Assembly (NCBI GenBank): GCA_002633005.1
Contig: NMRA01000701.1
Coordinates: 131,583-195,582, forward strand
Source: Phoronis australis
Taxonomy: Eukaryota; Animalia; Phoronida
DNA length: 64,000 bases
Direction of reading: 5' to 3'
The notes beneath the pieces were generated by a model. That model saw nothing but the letters and a program-made list of their open reading frames with translations, did no database searches and was not told the DNA's origin. The position numbers and the translations under genes are program-made. This document shows, piece after piece, positions 46,950 to 61,900 of the stretch; position 1 is the first letter of the stretch; each line of letters opens with the position of its first letter.

Positions 46950-49900
46950 CTAATTGGAAAAAATAAAATGGCATTCATCAATTTGAAATGGTACATGTAT
47001 AAGAATGAACCAAGAACACACTGGGATCAAGTTAAGACATTTATGAATACACACAAGAGACAGCCACCTGAACCCACAGGCGCAGCCTATAAGGCATATA
47101 CAAAAGACTATAACTTCCGATACAGGCGCTTGGCCTTATTAAATACATTGTTTTATAAATGACTAAGAAAGCATCGAAGTTAGATGACACCCTGGCACAC
47201 ACATACTCTTACTAAATAATGCAAAGAGAACTAAACGGTCAAAATAATTCCGTCAAGAAGACTGCCAAAGTTTGACAGAGTCAGCATTCTGTCGAAGTCT
47301 GTCTAGTTTAGTTTGAAAACTAGGGCTGCGCCACAGTATGCTTTCTTTCGTAAGCAAACTGCAAGAAATAAATGCAGTCTCCACAGGAAGTTAAATCAAA
47401 CCCACCAACATTTTAAACACGAGTAACACAGCACATTCATATGCACCCACGTCATGCATCGTGCATCAGTATACTAGTAGGGGTTCATTTTGCGAACATT
47501 TTCCAATGAGCTGGGACCCACATTCGTCTGGTATTAGAAGACCAGTAAGTTATCTCTAGTTGATGCAGAACTACCTATAGTATCTGAACATTATCGAAGG
47601 AGTTGTCACAATCATAAAAAACCCAGCTGCCGAATTTCACTAATATTAGCCAAACCCTGTGGCAGATAAGGTGAACATTGATTACAGAAAACAAATTGCC
47701 CAGCAATGCTAAACACTAGTGGAATTTTGTGGAAAAAATAGTGGGCATTGATTCTCTTATTTTGCATGCTGAATTTCTCTAATATCACACCAGTCTGTCT
47801 ACGTGGTTGTCACCAAAACAACACGCAAAAAATAAATTGCTACCAGGTGTTATCTTACTTTGCGTGCCCAATTACTCAAATATCACACCTGTCCATGAGA
47901 TTTGTCACCAAAAACAAGATGCACAAAAATAAAATTGATTGTCTAGGTGTCCTCTTACTTTACATGCCGAATTCCACAAACATCACACCTGTCCAGGGCT
48001 TTGTCACCAAGAACAAGATGAAAAAAATTACCCCTAGGCTGACTAGGGCAATAGCATCACACGGATTTGTTTCAACATCATTGGATGCTGTTTCAGCAAA
48101 AGTAATATGGCTGCCAGCTGAATGGAAGTAGGTTGGTCCAATGATCAAACAGCAAACATCAAAACAAAGCAAATAGCTTTACTCACCTGAACAGCATCAA
48201 CAAATGACTTCATCAGATGGAAGTCTGATCCACCGTGTCCATCTAAGACACCACGCAGTATAGTGGGATTGGGTTTGTAGACGTGTTTTTCTCCAGTCAA
48301 GAAGTCAAAATGTCGAACGTCTGAATCAAAACTGCATTGGAGCTCTCCCTGTAACACAAGTTTTTATGGTAACTGAGAAATACATCATTCATTCATGAGT
48401 CTAGAGGGTGCAAACTTACCTGCTATGACAACAGATTGAAACAATGACTGCAACATAAGGGTGCAACTGAGATATGTAAAGACGAAAGCCGGTTGTTATC
48501 CAGAAATCTTTATTTGAGCTGATTTTACCCACAGCCCAGCATTTCTGGAACCAGAAAGCCACACAAATTGTAGAAATTAAAACAAACAGTTCAACTTGAA
48601 CCAATCATTCTTAAAATGACTGTTTTCTATACCAGCTACATTTGCTATTATTAACGACAGAAAAGAACAATGCTGACAAATTTAAAGAAATACAAATAAC
48701 TTTCATTGCCTAAAAGTATACATAATTCTGATGAGTTACGGTTACCTTTGTTCCACATATAGTCACTTGGCGTTCACACAACTTCTCTGTGAATGCCACC
48801 ATAGTGAACGAAGATGTGGCACCCCCTTCAAACTGCATGTTGACAACCTGCAACAAGAAAACTTTAGCCGTCTCCCAGAATCCTCTGAAATGTTCGAGCA
48901 TGATTGATCGTTCAAGAAACTAACTTTGCGAACTGTACAGCACGTATAAACCCTTAAAAGCTTATTAAAGAAGTAACCCAAGAGATAAAGCTACATGTAA
49001 TAGATTTTTACCATAATCGCCTGGGTTACCACCCATGCTCGACTTACCGCCCACCTCCGAAATTTTCAATTTTTCATTTTTAAGTGCTCATGCTCGGCTT
49101 ACCGCCAACCCTGTTTTTTAGATGTACCAAAAAGAATTTAAGCGCTCTGAGTGGTTAGCCGGACGAGTACAGTAATGTAAAAGTCCGTTAATATAAATGT
49201 GCCATGATCACTATTGTTACTTTTACTAACTAAAGAATCTTTACCAAAGTCAAATAAATTGTCCCGTCAATATCAGATTAATGTTACAAACTGACGTAGA
49301 TTTTGAAATTTTTATAAATATACTGATAATTTATACCTGATTACTCATGACGTTGTTATCACAGTCGTAGACACACCTTCCATAAGGACCCAATTTCAGA
49401 GCTTCAGTGATGTTCTCAATATCTGGGACTTTGCCAGGCGTCAGCACGGAAACTGGCCAGCCAGTATGTCCCTGTTCAAGAATATACTATTAGACAGTGT
49501 TTAAAAAATGGGCCAAATGTTGAGACATACATTGTGTAATAACTTTAAGTTGAGTCATCTTTTCAGTGGAAGCAGGTTGTAGATAATTGCAGAGCACTGC
49601 TTGCACATTAACAATTAACATGCAATAAGACTTCCATATTGGTAATACTTTCAAGGTAACAATGCACTTAATGGGGAGGTTGCTAAAACACAAACATTTG
49701 CATTTGCCAAATTAAGCCACGAGGTGACGAAATATGAAATATAGGCGGCCACACGAAGGCAACAGAAGGCTTATGAAACCACTTCTTTGTCCACTTTTTG
49801 GAGGAGTGATGCAATTTCGTTTCGATCATGTTTAAACTTGCAGCCATTTCTGACCACAAAATCTCCACTTTTAATTTGGCCATCTGATTTTGCAAACTAG

Positions 49901-52900
49901 ACATTCCACAGGCTGAATTAAGTCATAATTTTGTTCCCATTAAAAGCAAGTTGATGGAGTTCAAATTTCGAACTCACCATTCCCCAGGCTTACTTAGCAC
50001 CAGAAAGTTTTACCTAAACTTCAATTATAAACAAGAGCAACGCAGAGCGTTAAAATGCGCCCACAATTGCACCGCATACGGTATCCTTCTAGGGTTGTTT
50101 ATTGGTACCATAAAGTGGCCAGTAGAGGGCATATATGTAGTATGTTGTACTTAGCAAAATGGCCAAAGGCATGGTCATTGTCTCGCCAATAGGCTAGGGG
50201 CAAAATGTGAGTAATCTTCATAATACAAGCACATCCTATACACCAGTTGCTTAAAGCACCACAGAAACATAGAATAAAAACAAATTTACCAACATACGAG
50301 ATTAGCACAGCATTAGAATGCCAGAAACAAATTTCTACTTGGAACTTTTCCTTCATAGTCACGAAGTAACACAAAGTATACACCTGAAGACCTATGAAAA
50401 TACAGAGGTCAATGTAAAATACTATAAATTGCCACTAGAGGCAAATACTAAAATTGCCACTAGAGGCATACCGGTAGTCAGAATCATCCTAAAGTCGTCA
50501 TCGTCCGTTGTCAACATCACATNNNNNNNNNNNNNNNNNNNNNNNNNNNNNNNNNNNNNNNNNNNNNNNNNNNNNNNNNNNNNNNNNNNNNNNNNNNNNN
50601 NNNNNNNNNNNNNNNNNNGTAGCATGCGTCTGCGTCCTTTTCGCTCGCCCGTCCACTCCCAACCCACACAAATTTGGCTGCAGAGCGGTAGTATTTGTCG
50701 CCGCGCTTAACAATAACACGAGCCGCCATTGAAAATCAGACCACGCTTTACCCAGATGCCCTGGCAATGTTGACAATTTACGTTCCTCCGAAACATAAAG
50801 ACTTCCGCTTTCCGAGGTGAACGTCGTCTGCAACGCCGCGGTATAAATATGTGGGCGCATAAAAATTAGATGTGACAACAACACTGCAAGTAACACAAAA
50901 AAATTTAGAACTAATCAGTCATGTATGGATTGATTGGTTCTCAACAGAAATGGAAAGCTAAAGATTTCCCTGAGTGTAAGTTTCATTTTTTCACCATTTA
51001 GCGGATGACCTTGTGCATCTTGTCAATTTCAGAAATAGATGGATGAAAAACAGGCAACAGGTTTTCACATACAGTTCCTTGCAATCGTCACGACATCAGT
51101 TAGAGGTGTATGGACAGACCGAGATATTGATGCAAAAAGTCCAATGTGGCAAAAGGTCATTAAAGGATTAAGATGTGTTGACTTGGTCGCCTCAACTCAT
51201 CTTGCACACAAACATTTGAAACTGGCTCAAGACAAAGTACTGTAGTTGCTTTTATTGTTCTTTCACTGCTAAAGAGTTCCACATTGGATATGAATAACAC
51301 CCACAGCAAGAGGTTAGTCAAGTTACTCACCGATTCAACCCGGTTCAGGTAAATCTTCTTGGCTGAATAAGCACAGTTGTTTTCAACTGGACAGTCCAGA
51401 CATCTGGAACTTGCACCATCGGGCTAAAATGCAAATTATGTCAAGCTAGTTCCAGCAACCAGCAAAAAAGTATGCTGCTAATATAAAACAACGCAATACT
51501 GACCATTTGGCTAATTGTAATTTGTTGATGACTAATTGGGTTAGCTCTCAACTAACATGTCTTGGGTGCCCATTGTTAAATGGCCGGGACAAGCCAGCTT
51601 GGCAGCCTTTCCATACTACAGGACACTCTCCATGCAGGTGTGGTGATTTGTCTTGGTACAATTCCTGTGGCACTCGGTCTACAACCACACACCCCAGGCC
51701 TTCAACTTTGCATAGCTCTAAAGCAATATACTAGATCAAGGTTATGTATAACCCTAGAAAAATTTTCAAATTTGGCTCAATTCAAAAAACTAAATTTTAG
51801 AAAAGGCAGATTGTATCAAAGTGAAACTTTCAGACAAAATGCTCCACACACTGTTCTCAAAAGAATGATAGAAATTGTTTCAAAAAGATGCCATACTTTT
51901 GCGAGACAGACTACCAAAAAATTGACTTAGGCTATACGAATTTTACGAAAGAAGTCAATGACTGGCATCAATCCAATGAAATGATAAGTTAGAAAATAAA
52001 GTATTGCAGCATTTTCAAGATTTCATCTAAACATTACGTAATACAAAAGTTCACACAGTTTAATGAAAATAATGGCTTCATTTTGATATTCATAAAATGA
52101 GGGTAGCCTCTTCAGTGACAGCACTGCTTTCCAAGAGGGCACTCAACAATAGAATTTACAGTTATGTAATATACTGTAATACAATATATGAATAAACCTT
52201 TGATTTGGGCTTAATTTAGATCCTGCAATGGCTAGTGGACCTTGAAAGGAGTGCCTGATAATACAGGTGTGAAGGTCAAAAGGACACTGTAATATGCAGC
52301 AGGAAAACAGAGTCATCTGCATTGTATACTACAGATGTGGCAGTCAAAGGACATTAGGTATGTGCAGCTGGTAAACAAGAAGCCAGCTGGTGATATAGTA
52401 CAGGGTGTCTAAAAATTATGGGACACATAACAAGAATTAACATTTATAGTCAAGCGACACAAATATTGGACGTTTTGGAACATTTTGCATTATATTTAAT
52501 TGGAAATACTAGGGATTGTTGTAAATTCTTTACTGAAATAAAGACTTACCCCCTAAAGAATTGTTCTGTTACTATATCTTGTCACCGAAGGCCACGTTTA
52601 TGCTCTGACTGATCTTTAAAAACACAACTAGCAAACACTTAGTGAACCTAAATATCGGACACCATGTTTCCACATATCCCACACCACGGAAAACGGCACG
52701 TTATTGCCAAATTGCAGCTCAAGTATTTTGATATATTTACTGCTTAAGAACACAGCTCCGTTTGCAACAAAATTATCCACGACAGCACCAAGTTGTCTCG
52801 ATGAATCAGTGCAGACGATAAATGCACGTGCTACCTCACTGCAGTTTTTAGTATCTTGTATGCAATCAGGGTTTGACTTGAGTTTAAAAACAAATGAAAA

Positions 52901-55900
52901 AATGAAACAGTGACATATTGTCAGTTCATTTAAGTTACTTCATTGTGGAAAAAAATTTTGTTTTCAACTTTTATAACCGATTTATATGATCGTTCATTTT
53001 AGGCCGACTTGGGGGTCTAAATTGCTCCCTCTCTCTGTGAAATCGAAACGAGGCAACCCTATAAAGGAGACAATGCCAGACGTTGAATGAAATGCAGTGG
53101 AACAAAAATTGGTGTCGTTTATTTCTCAGAGTATGCTTCATAAAATTTTGTGTAGTGTCCAATATTAAGGGTCCACCCGATAATTAGGTACACTATGTGT
53201 ACCTCAGTACTGAGTAACAACATTACTGTGCTTGTGATTTCTCAAGGAATGGTATACTTAAGTCCAGATCTTGTTTGTGGTTTTTCGCATAAGAATCTTC
53301 CCGAAAAGTAAATTAACTAAAAGTGATAAAAGGGACTTAGGAGTGGCAAGCGTGGGGGACAGAAAAATCTGGAAAACATGGAGTTGGCTATTGACGTATG
53401 CCTAGTGGTGTTATACTTTTTTGAGAGGAGGAGCAATACAAAAGAGTGGACCATGTTGCTGTATCCACGTGTGACTACCGGGGTTTCCCGTAGATAAGTG
53501 CATGGTTGAGTATTCAGAAAATAAATTTTCAGGCATTTCAGTAACACCAGGAAGAGATAACCAGGAAGGGACAACTAGCTAAACCACCGTTTTTGGCCTC
53601 CTTCCCCGGTCTAATTTCAGGACTTAAGTTTCGTTTAAAAGGAAACAGATGATTTTATCAGAGAGATTAAAGCTTTTTCTATAGAAAGATATCAAAAAAC
53701 TCACTTTGCAACCTTAAACAGTGGTGTAATTGTACTTTAAAAATATCGACTTCAGAGCACTCAATCGCAACTTCCCACACGCAGTCACGGGTATTTAAGC
53801 TTTTCCGTCGATGTATAGATGGCGCAGTAGTCAAGTACTCCCTCATTTACATATCAAATTTGCATGTGGGAGTTCTGAGACTCTCGTCAGTTGTTGGTCG
53901 AGCGCTTGAGTGGATAAAGCGGTGACCTCCCACTGAGAGCACGCGCTGATGAAGATACCACTCGATCGCTTCGCAATCAGGAGGTGAAAACACTCTCATG
54001 ACCGCAGTTCTGAATTCCAGCTAAGCAAGCCCTATTTCGANCAAATATTATGTAATAACTTTAAGTTGGGCCATCTTTTCAGTGGAAGCAGGTTGTACAT
54101 AATTGCAGAGAATTTTGCACATTAACAATTAACATGCAATAAGAAAACCATATTGGTAATATTTTCAAGGTAAGGAGGTTGCTAAAACACACAGATTTAT
54201 ATTTGTCAAATAAAGCCACGAGGTGACAAAATATGAAATATAGGCGGCCACACGAAGGCCACAGAAGGCTTATGAAACCACTTCTGTGTCCACTTTTTGG
54301 AGGAGTGATGCAATTTCATTTTGATCATGTTTAAACTTGCAGCCATTTCCGACCATAAAATCTCCACTTTTAATTTGGCCATCTGATTTTGCAAACTGAA
54401 TATTCCACAGGCTGAATTAAGTCATAATTTTGTTCCCATTAAAAGCAAGTCGATGGAGTTCAAATTTCGAACTCACCACTCCCCTTACTTAGCACCAGAA
54501 AGTTTTACCTAAACTTCAGTTATAAAAAATAAGATGTGATAACAACACTGCAAGTAACACAAAAATTTTAGAACTAGGTCAGCCATGTATGGATTGGTTG
54601 GTTCTCAACAGAAATGAAAAGCTAAAAATTTCCCCGAGTGCCGGTAAGTTTCATTTTTTCACCATTTAGCGGATGACTTGTGCATCTTGTCAATTTCAGA
54701 AATGGATGGATGAAAAACAGGCAACAGGTTTTCACAAACAGTTCCTTGCAATCGTCACAACATCAGTCAGAGGTGCATGGACAGACCGAGATATTGATGC
54801 AAAAAGTCCAATGTGGCAAAAGGTCATTAAAGGATTAAGATGTGTTGACTTGGTCGCCTCAACCCGTCTTGCACACAAACATTTGAAACTAGCTCTAGAC
54901 AAAGTACTGTAGTTGCTTTTATTGTTCTTTCAATGCTAAAGAGTTCCACATTGGATATCAATAACACCCACAGCAAGAGGTTAGTCAAGTTACTCACCGA
55001 TTCAACCCGGTTCAGGTAAATCTTCTTGGCTGAATAAGCACAGTTGCTTTCAACTGGACAGTCCAGACATCTGGAACCTGCACCATCGGGCTAAAACACA
55101 AATTATGTAAAGCTAGTTCCAGCAACCAGCAAAACAAGTACAATGCTGTTGTAAAACAACGCAATACTGACCATTTGGCTAACTGTAATGTGTTGATGAC
55201 TAATTGGGTTAGCTCTCAACTAACATGTCTTGGGTGCCCATTGTTAAATGGGGACAAGCCAACTTGGCAGCCTATCCATACTACAGGACACTGTCCATGC
55301 AGGTGTGGTGATTCGTCTTGGGACAATTCTTGTGGCACTCGGTCTACACCCACACACCCCAGGCCTTCAACTTTGCACAGCTCTAAAGCAATGTACTAGA
55401 TCAAGGTTATGTATAACCCTAGAAAAATTTTCAAATTTGGCTAAATTAAAAAAACTATATTTTAGAAAAGGCAGATTGTATCAAAGTGAAACTTTCAGAC
55501 AAAATGCTCCACGCACTGTTCTCAAAAGAATGATAGAAATTGTTTCAAAAAGATGCCATACTTTTGCGAGACAGACTACCAAAAAATTGACTTAGGCTAT
55601 ACGAATTTTACGGAAGAAGTCAATGACAGGCATCAATCCAATGAAATGATAAGTTAGAAAATAAAGTATTGCAGCATTTTCAAGATTTCATCTAAACATT
55701 AATACTAAAGTTTACACAGTTTCATGAAAATAATGGCTTCATTTTGCTATTCATAAAATGAGGGTGGCCTCTTCAGTGACAGAACTGCTTTCCAAGAGGG
55801 CACTCAACAACAAAATTTACAGCTATGTAATATACTGTAATACAATATATGAATAAACTTTTGATTTCGGCTTAATTTAGATCCTGCAATGGCTAGTGGA

Positions 55901-58900
55901 CCTTGAAAGGAGTGCCTAATAAAACAGGCATGAAGGTCAAAAGGACACTGTAATGTGCAGCAGGAAAACAGAGTCATCTGCATTGTACAGTACAGATGTG
56001 GCAGGCAAAGGACATTAGGTATGTGCAGCTGGTAAACAAGAAGCCAGCTGGTGATATAGTACAGGGTGTCTAAAAATAATGGGACACATAACAAGAATTA
56101 ACATTTATAGTCAAGCGACACAAATATTGGACGTTTTGGAACATTTTGTATTATATTTAATTGGAAATAGTAGGGATTGTTGTAAATTCTTTACTGAAAT
56201 AAAGACTTACCCCCTAAAGAATTGTTCTGTTACTATATCTTGTCACCGAAGGCCACGTTTATGCTCCGACTGATCTTTAAAAACACAACTAGCAAACACT
56301 TAGTGAACCTAAATATCGGACACCATGTTTCCACATATCCCACACCACGGAAAACGGCACGTTATTGCCAAATTGCAGCTCAAGTATTTTGATATATTTA
56401 CTGCTTAAGAACACAGCTCCATTCGCAACAAAATTATCCACGCCGGACAGCACCAAGTTGTCTCGATGAATCAGTGCAGACGATTAATGCACGTGCTACC
56501 TCACTGCAGTTTTTAGTCTCTCGTGCGCAATCAGGGTTTGACTCGAGTTTAAAAAAAGAAAAAAATGAAACAGTGACATATTGTCAGTTCATTTAAGTTA
56601 CTTCATTGTGGAAAAAGATTTTTTCAACTTTTATAACCAATTTATATGATCGTCCATTTTAGGGTGACTTGGGGTCTAAATTGCACCCTCTCTCCGTGAA
56701 ATCAAAATCAGGCAACGCTATAAAAAACGAGACAATGGCAGACATTGAAAGAAATGCAGTGGAACAAAAATTGGTGTCATTTATTTCTCAGAGTATGGTT
56801 CAAGTAAAATTTTGTGAAGTGTTCGATATTCAGGGTCCACCCGTTAATTAGGTACACTACGTGTACCTCAGTACTGAGTAACAACATTACTGTGCTTGTG
56901 ATTTCTCAAGGAATGCTATACTTAAGTCCAGATCTTGTTTGTCGTTTTTCGCATAAGAATCTTCCCGCAAAGTAAATTAACTAAAAGTGATAAAAGGGAC
57001 TCAGGAGTGGCAAGCGTGGGGGACAGAAAAATCTGAAAAACATGAAGTGAGTCGGCTATTGACGTATGCCTAGTGGTGTTATACTTTTTTGAGAGGAGGA
57101 GCAATACAAAAGAGTGGACCATGTTGCTGTATCCATGTGTGACTACCGGGGTTTCCCGTAGATAAGCGCATGGTTGAGTATTCAGAAAATAAATTTTCAG
57201 GCATTTCAGTAACACCAAATAAACGCACAGGCATTTATTCGGAAAGAGGGGGCGTGTCAACGGAAAGTCACAGCCTCAACTGATATGAAAATATCAGCGA
57301 TTTTTTGCATAAAACTGTGTTTTTTAATTTTAAGTTTATACACGGTTTGCCAACACTTTGTTCATTTTTATAAATGATGAGTGCTTCACAAACTTGAGTT
57401 TTGGCTAAAAGTTGACGCTAAGAGGGCTTTTATGGACATTTTCTGCATAAACGTCCCACTATCTGGACATTTGACACAAGTAGTTGTAACATCAAATAAG
57501 CGTCCACGGGCGTTTATGCGGCATACATTTCCGAATATATGCCCATGGGCGGTTCATCCAGTGGGCTTATCAATGGAAAATCCTGGTAACATAAAGTGGG
57601 GCTAAATCTGGGATGAAAGAATCACGAGAATGTCAAGTCGGGCCTTCACTTCACATTTTGTTAGTGTAATGGCTGACACCGCAATCAGAGCAAATGAGNG
57701 TTATCTCTTCCTGGTAACACCAAATAAACGCACGGGCATCTATTCGGAAAGAGGGGGCATGTAAATGGAAAGTCACAGCCTCAACTGATATGAAATAATC
57801 AGCGATTTTTTGCATAAAACTGTGTTTTTTAATTTTAAGTTTATACACGGTTTGCCAACACTTTGTTCATTTTTATAAATGATGAGTGCTTCACAAACTT
57901 GAGTTTGTGGCTAAAAGTTGATGCTAAGAGGGCTTTTATGGACATTTTCTGCATAAACGTCCCACTATCTGGACATTTGACACAAGTAGTTGTAACATCA
58001 AATAAGCGTCCACGGGCGTTTATGCGGCATACATTTCCGAATATATGCCCATGGGCGGTTCATCCAGTGGGCTTATCAATGGAAAATCCTGGTAACATAA
58101 AGTGGGGCTAAATCTGGGATGAAAGAATCACGAGAATGTCAAGTCGGGCCTTCACTTCACATTTTGTTAGTGTAATGGCTGACACCGCAATCAGAGCAAA
58201 TGAGTGTCCGTGTGCCAGAGGAGTACTTTGAAGAATATCACTTTCACACGCTATGATGGTAAAACTTCCACACATTCGTTATACTGTAAGTATATGGAGT
58301 TTAAATATACCTCTTTTTAGCCATTTGTATTAATTATAATGTCTCCCCTAATTTCGAAACACCCTGTGCTACGCAAAATCAATAAATTAATCTAGTAGGA
58401 GTTGCTCTCCCAATCCCAATCTGTTTATAAGTGTACAAAGCAATTTAATGTCACAAAATGCTGTCAGACAGATGTTGACTTGACAAATACCCCCCCCAGT
58501 CAGAAAACTGGCAAAAGTACACGGGACAAGCTTTTAACTAGTTCACTTAAAATCCGCAACTTAATATTTTTTCCTTTAACACTTCATCATAGTAAAAAGT
58601 TCTCAAGACATTTCTTGGACATTTGTCAAAACCAATGCACAGGGGACTACCTTATTTTCTTCGGTAAAGTGCATCAAACTTCCAAATGATGAGATCTTCA
58701 CGCACTTTTTGCCTCCCATCCAATACTGAATGAGGTCGATGTCATGGCAACTTTTGGATAGCAGTGAAAAGGAACTGGTAGCTTCGTTCCTCCAGCTCCC
58801 TCGGACGTAGGAATGAGCAAAGTGCCAGAAACCAACCTGGGAAAAATGAAGTGAAGATGTGACTTTTGAAATTATAAATTAAATAGAATTGTGTGCCACA

Positions 58901-61900
58901 CCTGAAGAAGTTTTTCAAATTGCACCTTCTTGTAATGTAATTAGTCAAGTTTTGGTCAAGTCTTATATTAAGTAATCTTGATCACAAAACAAGGTGTGTC
59001 TATTTTAAACAAAATGAGAAGGCGTGTATTCTCATATTAAGTTGACTTACTGGTTCAAGTAGCTGAATGTTTACAATGTCCCCAAGGATACCATTTGCGA
59101 TGAGTTCTTTGATCTTCTGCGCAGGAGGAGAATACCTCAACACATGGCACACGGATAACATCACTTTGTTTTGCTGGCATGCAGAAGTGATTTCCTTACA
59201 ATCCTCAGCTGTAGTCTGCAAAAATGCAAGTCAAGGTATTCAGATAAAAAGTGACATTGTGTAGAAATCAGGGCTTGGAATGACCAATGGCGAAAAAAGC
59301 GGAAATTTTTACGACCGAAACATGCGCGCAGCCAGCCTTGAAAAGGTCCGTGTGGACCTTTTGCCGACTAAATTCGACATGACTAAAAAAAAAAAAAAAC
59401 GGTACCACCTCCGGAAGCGTGCGTCTGTGTCTGTCTTAGCTCGTCCGCCACTCCCACCTCCAAACATTTTTGGTTGCAGAGTCGTAGTGTTTGTCACCGC
59501 GGTTTACATTCACACGAGCCCCCATTGAGGAAATCCACCACGCTATCCCAGATGCCCCGGCAATGTTGTCAATTTACGTTCCTCCGAAACATAAAGAGCA
59601 ACTTCTGCTTTTCGAGGTGAAAGTCGTCGGTAATGCGGCGGTAAGAAAGAAATTTGCCGCGGAAATTTTATATCAAATCCGATTTTTTTTTATGCGGAAA
59701 TATAATAAAATACGCGGACAGAACATTTGAAAAAAGCGGAAATCCATGTTTCCGAGGAAAATTCCAAGCCCTGAGAAATAACTGAATGCAGGGTACAAGA
59801 AAACCATTGAATTTGCTTCAATATGGCCACAAAATAAGTACGACAGTAAAACAACTCTCTTCAAGTGATCTTGAAAGCCTAGTCACAAAAATCTACCAGA
59901 AAATGAACTTTGAAGCATTATCAAACAGTGAAACTTCTCAAGTCTCAACAGGTTTTTGCCCCAATTCGTTTTCAACGTGGGAACAATAAGTGAATTTTCT
60001 CATTGTGGCCTCATTTCAATTTGGTTTCCACCAAAATTATTATATACCCTGAAAGAAATTGTGACATTTGTGACAACACCCATTAAGACACACCTATCCA
60101 TCACCTGCTGCATGGCAAAATAATACGAAAGTGAAGCTTTGGCTAGCGATCTGCTCAAATACAAAAAGGAGTTGTAAAACATATAAATATGGCAGTGACC
60201 AGGTTTATCATTCAACCGTCTTCCAAAGGCTTCATAACTAATGCATCAGAAATACTCACTGCCATTGGNAATACGGCCACAAAATAAGTACGACAGTAAA
60301 ACAACTCTCTTCAAGTGATCTTGAAAGCCTAGTCACAAAAATCTACCCAGAAAATGAACTTTGAAGCATTATCAAACAGTGAAACTTCTCAAGTCTCAAC
60401 AGGTTTTTGCCCCAATTCGTTTTCAACGTGGGAACAATAAGTGAATTTTCTCATTGTGGCCTCATTTCAATTTGGTTTCCACCAAAATTATTATATACCC
60501 TGAAAGAAATTGTGACATTTGTGACAACACCCATTAAGACACACCTATCCATCACCTGCTGCATGGCAAAATAATACGAAAGTGAAGCTTTGGCTAGCGA
60601 TCTGCTCAAATACAAAAAGGAGTTGTAAAACATATAAATATGGCAGTGACCAGGTTTATCATTCAACCGTCTTCCAAAGGCTTCATAACTAATGCATCAG
60701 AAATACTCACTGCCATTGGCTTCTCCAGCAGCAAATGGTATCCTTTATTGGCAAAGGCCACAGCAGCATCCTGTAAATGGACACAATTTTCTTGAAATCC
60801 TTTCAGCTTCAAATATTGACGTCCAGTTGTGTTGGATGCCATCCATAATGCAAGAGTCGAGGGCAAAAGCTAACAAGATTGTGTACTTTGCTTGTAAGGC
60901 TCGGCAATATTTGGTTATCTTTACAAACTCGCAACAAACTACGTAGCCTTACCTCTGTGCAACCTTATCTCTCCAGTTTTGCAAGTACAGGCAATTCTAT
61001 GAATTACATTTCCTAGCTCTGTTCTTTTGCAGCAATGTAGAAAAGCAACATGTCTATCCGACATCATAAGAGTTAGTGACCAGTGGTCACGTCACCAATA
61101 GAGCGCGTTACGAAATATCCCAAGTACAACTAAAACGTAGGAAAATTAATAAGCGGTTTCAAACACAAATCGTCAGAGGTAAATCCAAAAACTGCCACTA
61201 AACAATATTTAACCTTGTGCAGCTGATCGGGTGTAGCAATAATTGCAACGTCGGCAAACTTCTCACATTCGACAGCACCACTCCAGTCGGTGAATACATA
61301 GGTACTGGCCAGGTTATACTGGGCCTGAAATCTTTCTCTTGCAAGCCTCTGTGGCTCAGCAACCCCTACAACCTTGAAGAATACAAGAAGACAAATTTAC
61401 AAGTGAAATCTAGGCAACGATATAGGTTAATGAGTTAACTAAAGAAAGATTTCCTTTTATAGCAAAACATGAAAACAAATAAACAAACAACACATTGAAG
61501 CAAATTGCCTGGCCTCATGTTTTATCTTGCTACTAAGTCTCAACTGTGAAGCTTACAGTGGAATAATATCGTCAAGACAGATGACCTTTTTAAGATTTTT
61601 CCATCTTCCAATGACTTTGTTAGTAGACGGACATCAAAATCATTTAGAAGCGATGTTCTCCATCCATATTGATGAATACAGAAATAACAGCACTATTTTT
61701 GACATGTTTTGTACCATGTTTGGAAATTGCTACCCAAATAAAAGACAGTCAGTGAGATACAACTAGTTGGAAATCTTGATTCATGCCTGGAAAAGCCCAT
61801 TTTTTCTGTTTTAGAAGACAAATAATTGAAATTAATGTTGCACAGTGGTACAGGTTTTTAATATAATTTGTTGATTAAAGCGGTAGTGACATAATTGAAA

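Larger units (their letters stand above)
52401..58366. mobile_element. Decayed Tc1/mariner element with nested insertions (span inflated by the haplotype duplication; second left end at 56062)
   Basis: Left end ta|CAGGGTGTCTAAAAATTATGGGACACAT; right end ATGTCTCCCCTAATTTCGAAACACCCTG. Confidence 0.65.

Noticed and set aside
51331-55090. Tandem duplicated exon 6 as a mutually exclusive exon pair
   Set aside because: The second copy lies in an n-bounded contig wedged between the two ends of a single transposon. Uncollapsed haplotypes explain it better.
59820-60269. Partial duplication of exon 3 and duplicated 71-aa ORFs
   Set aside because: Near-identical overlap across a single n; an assembly artefact.
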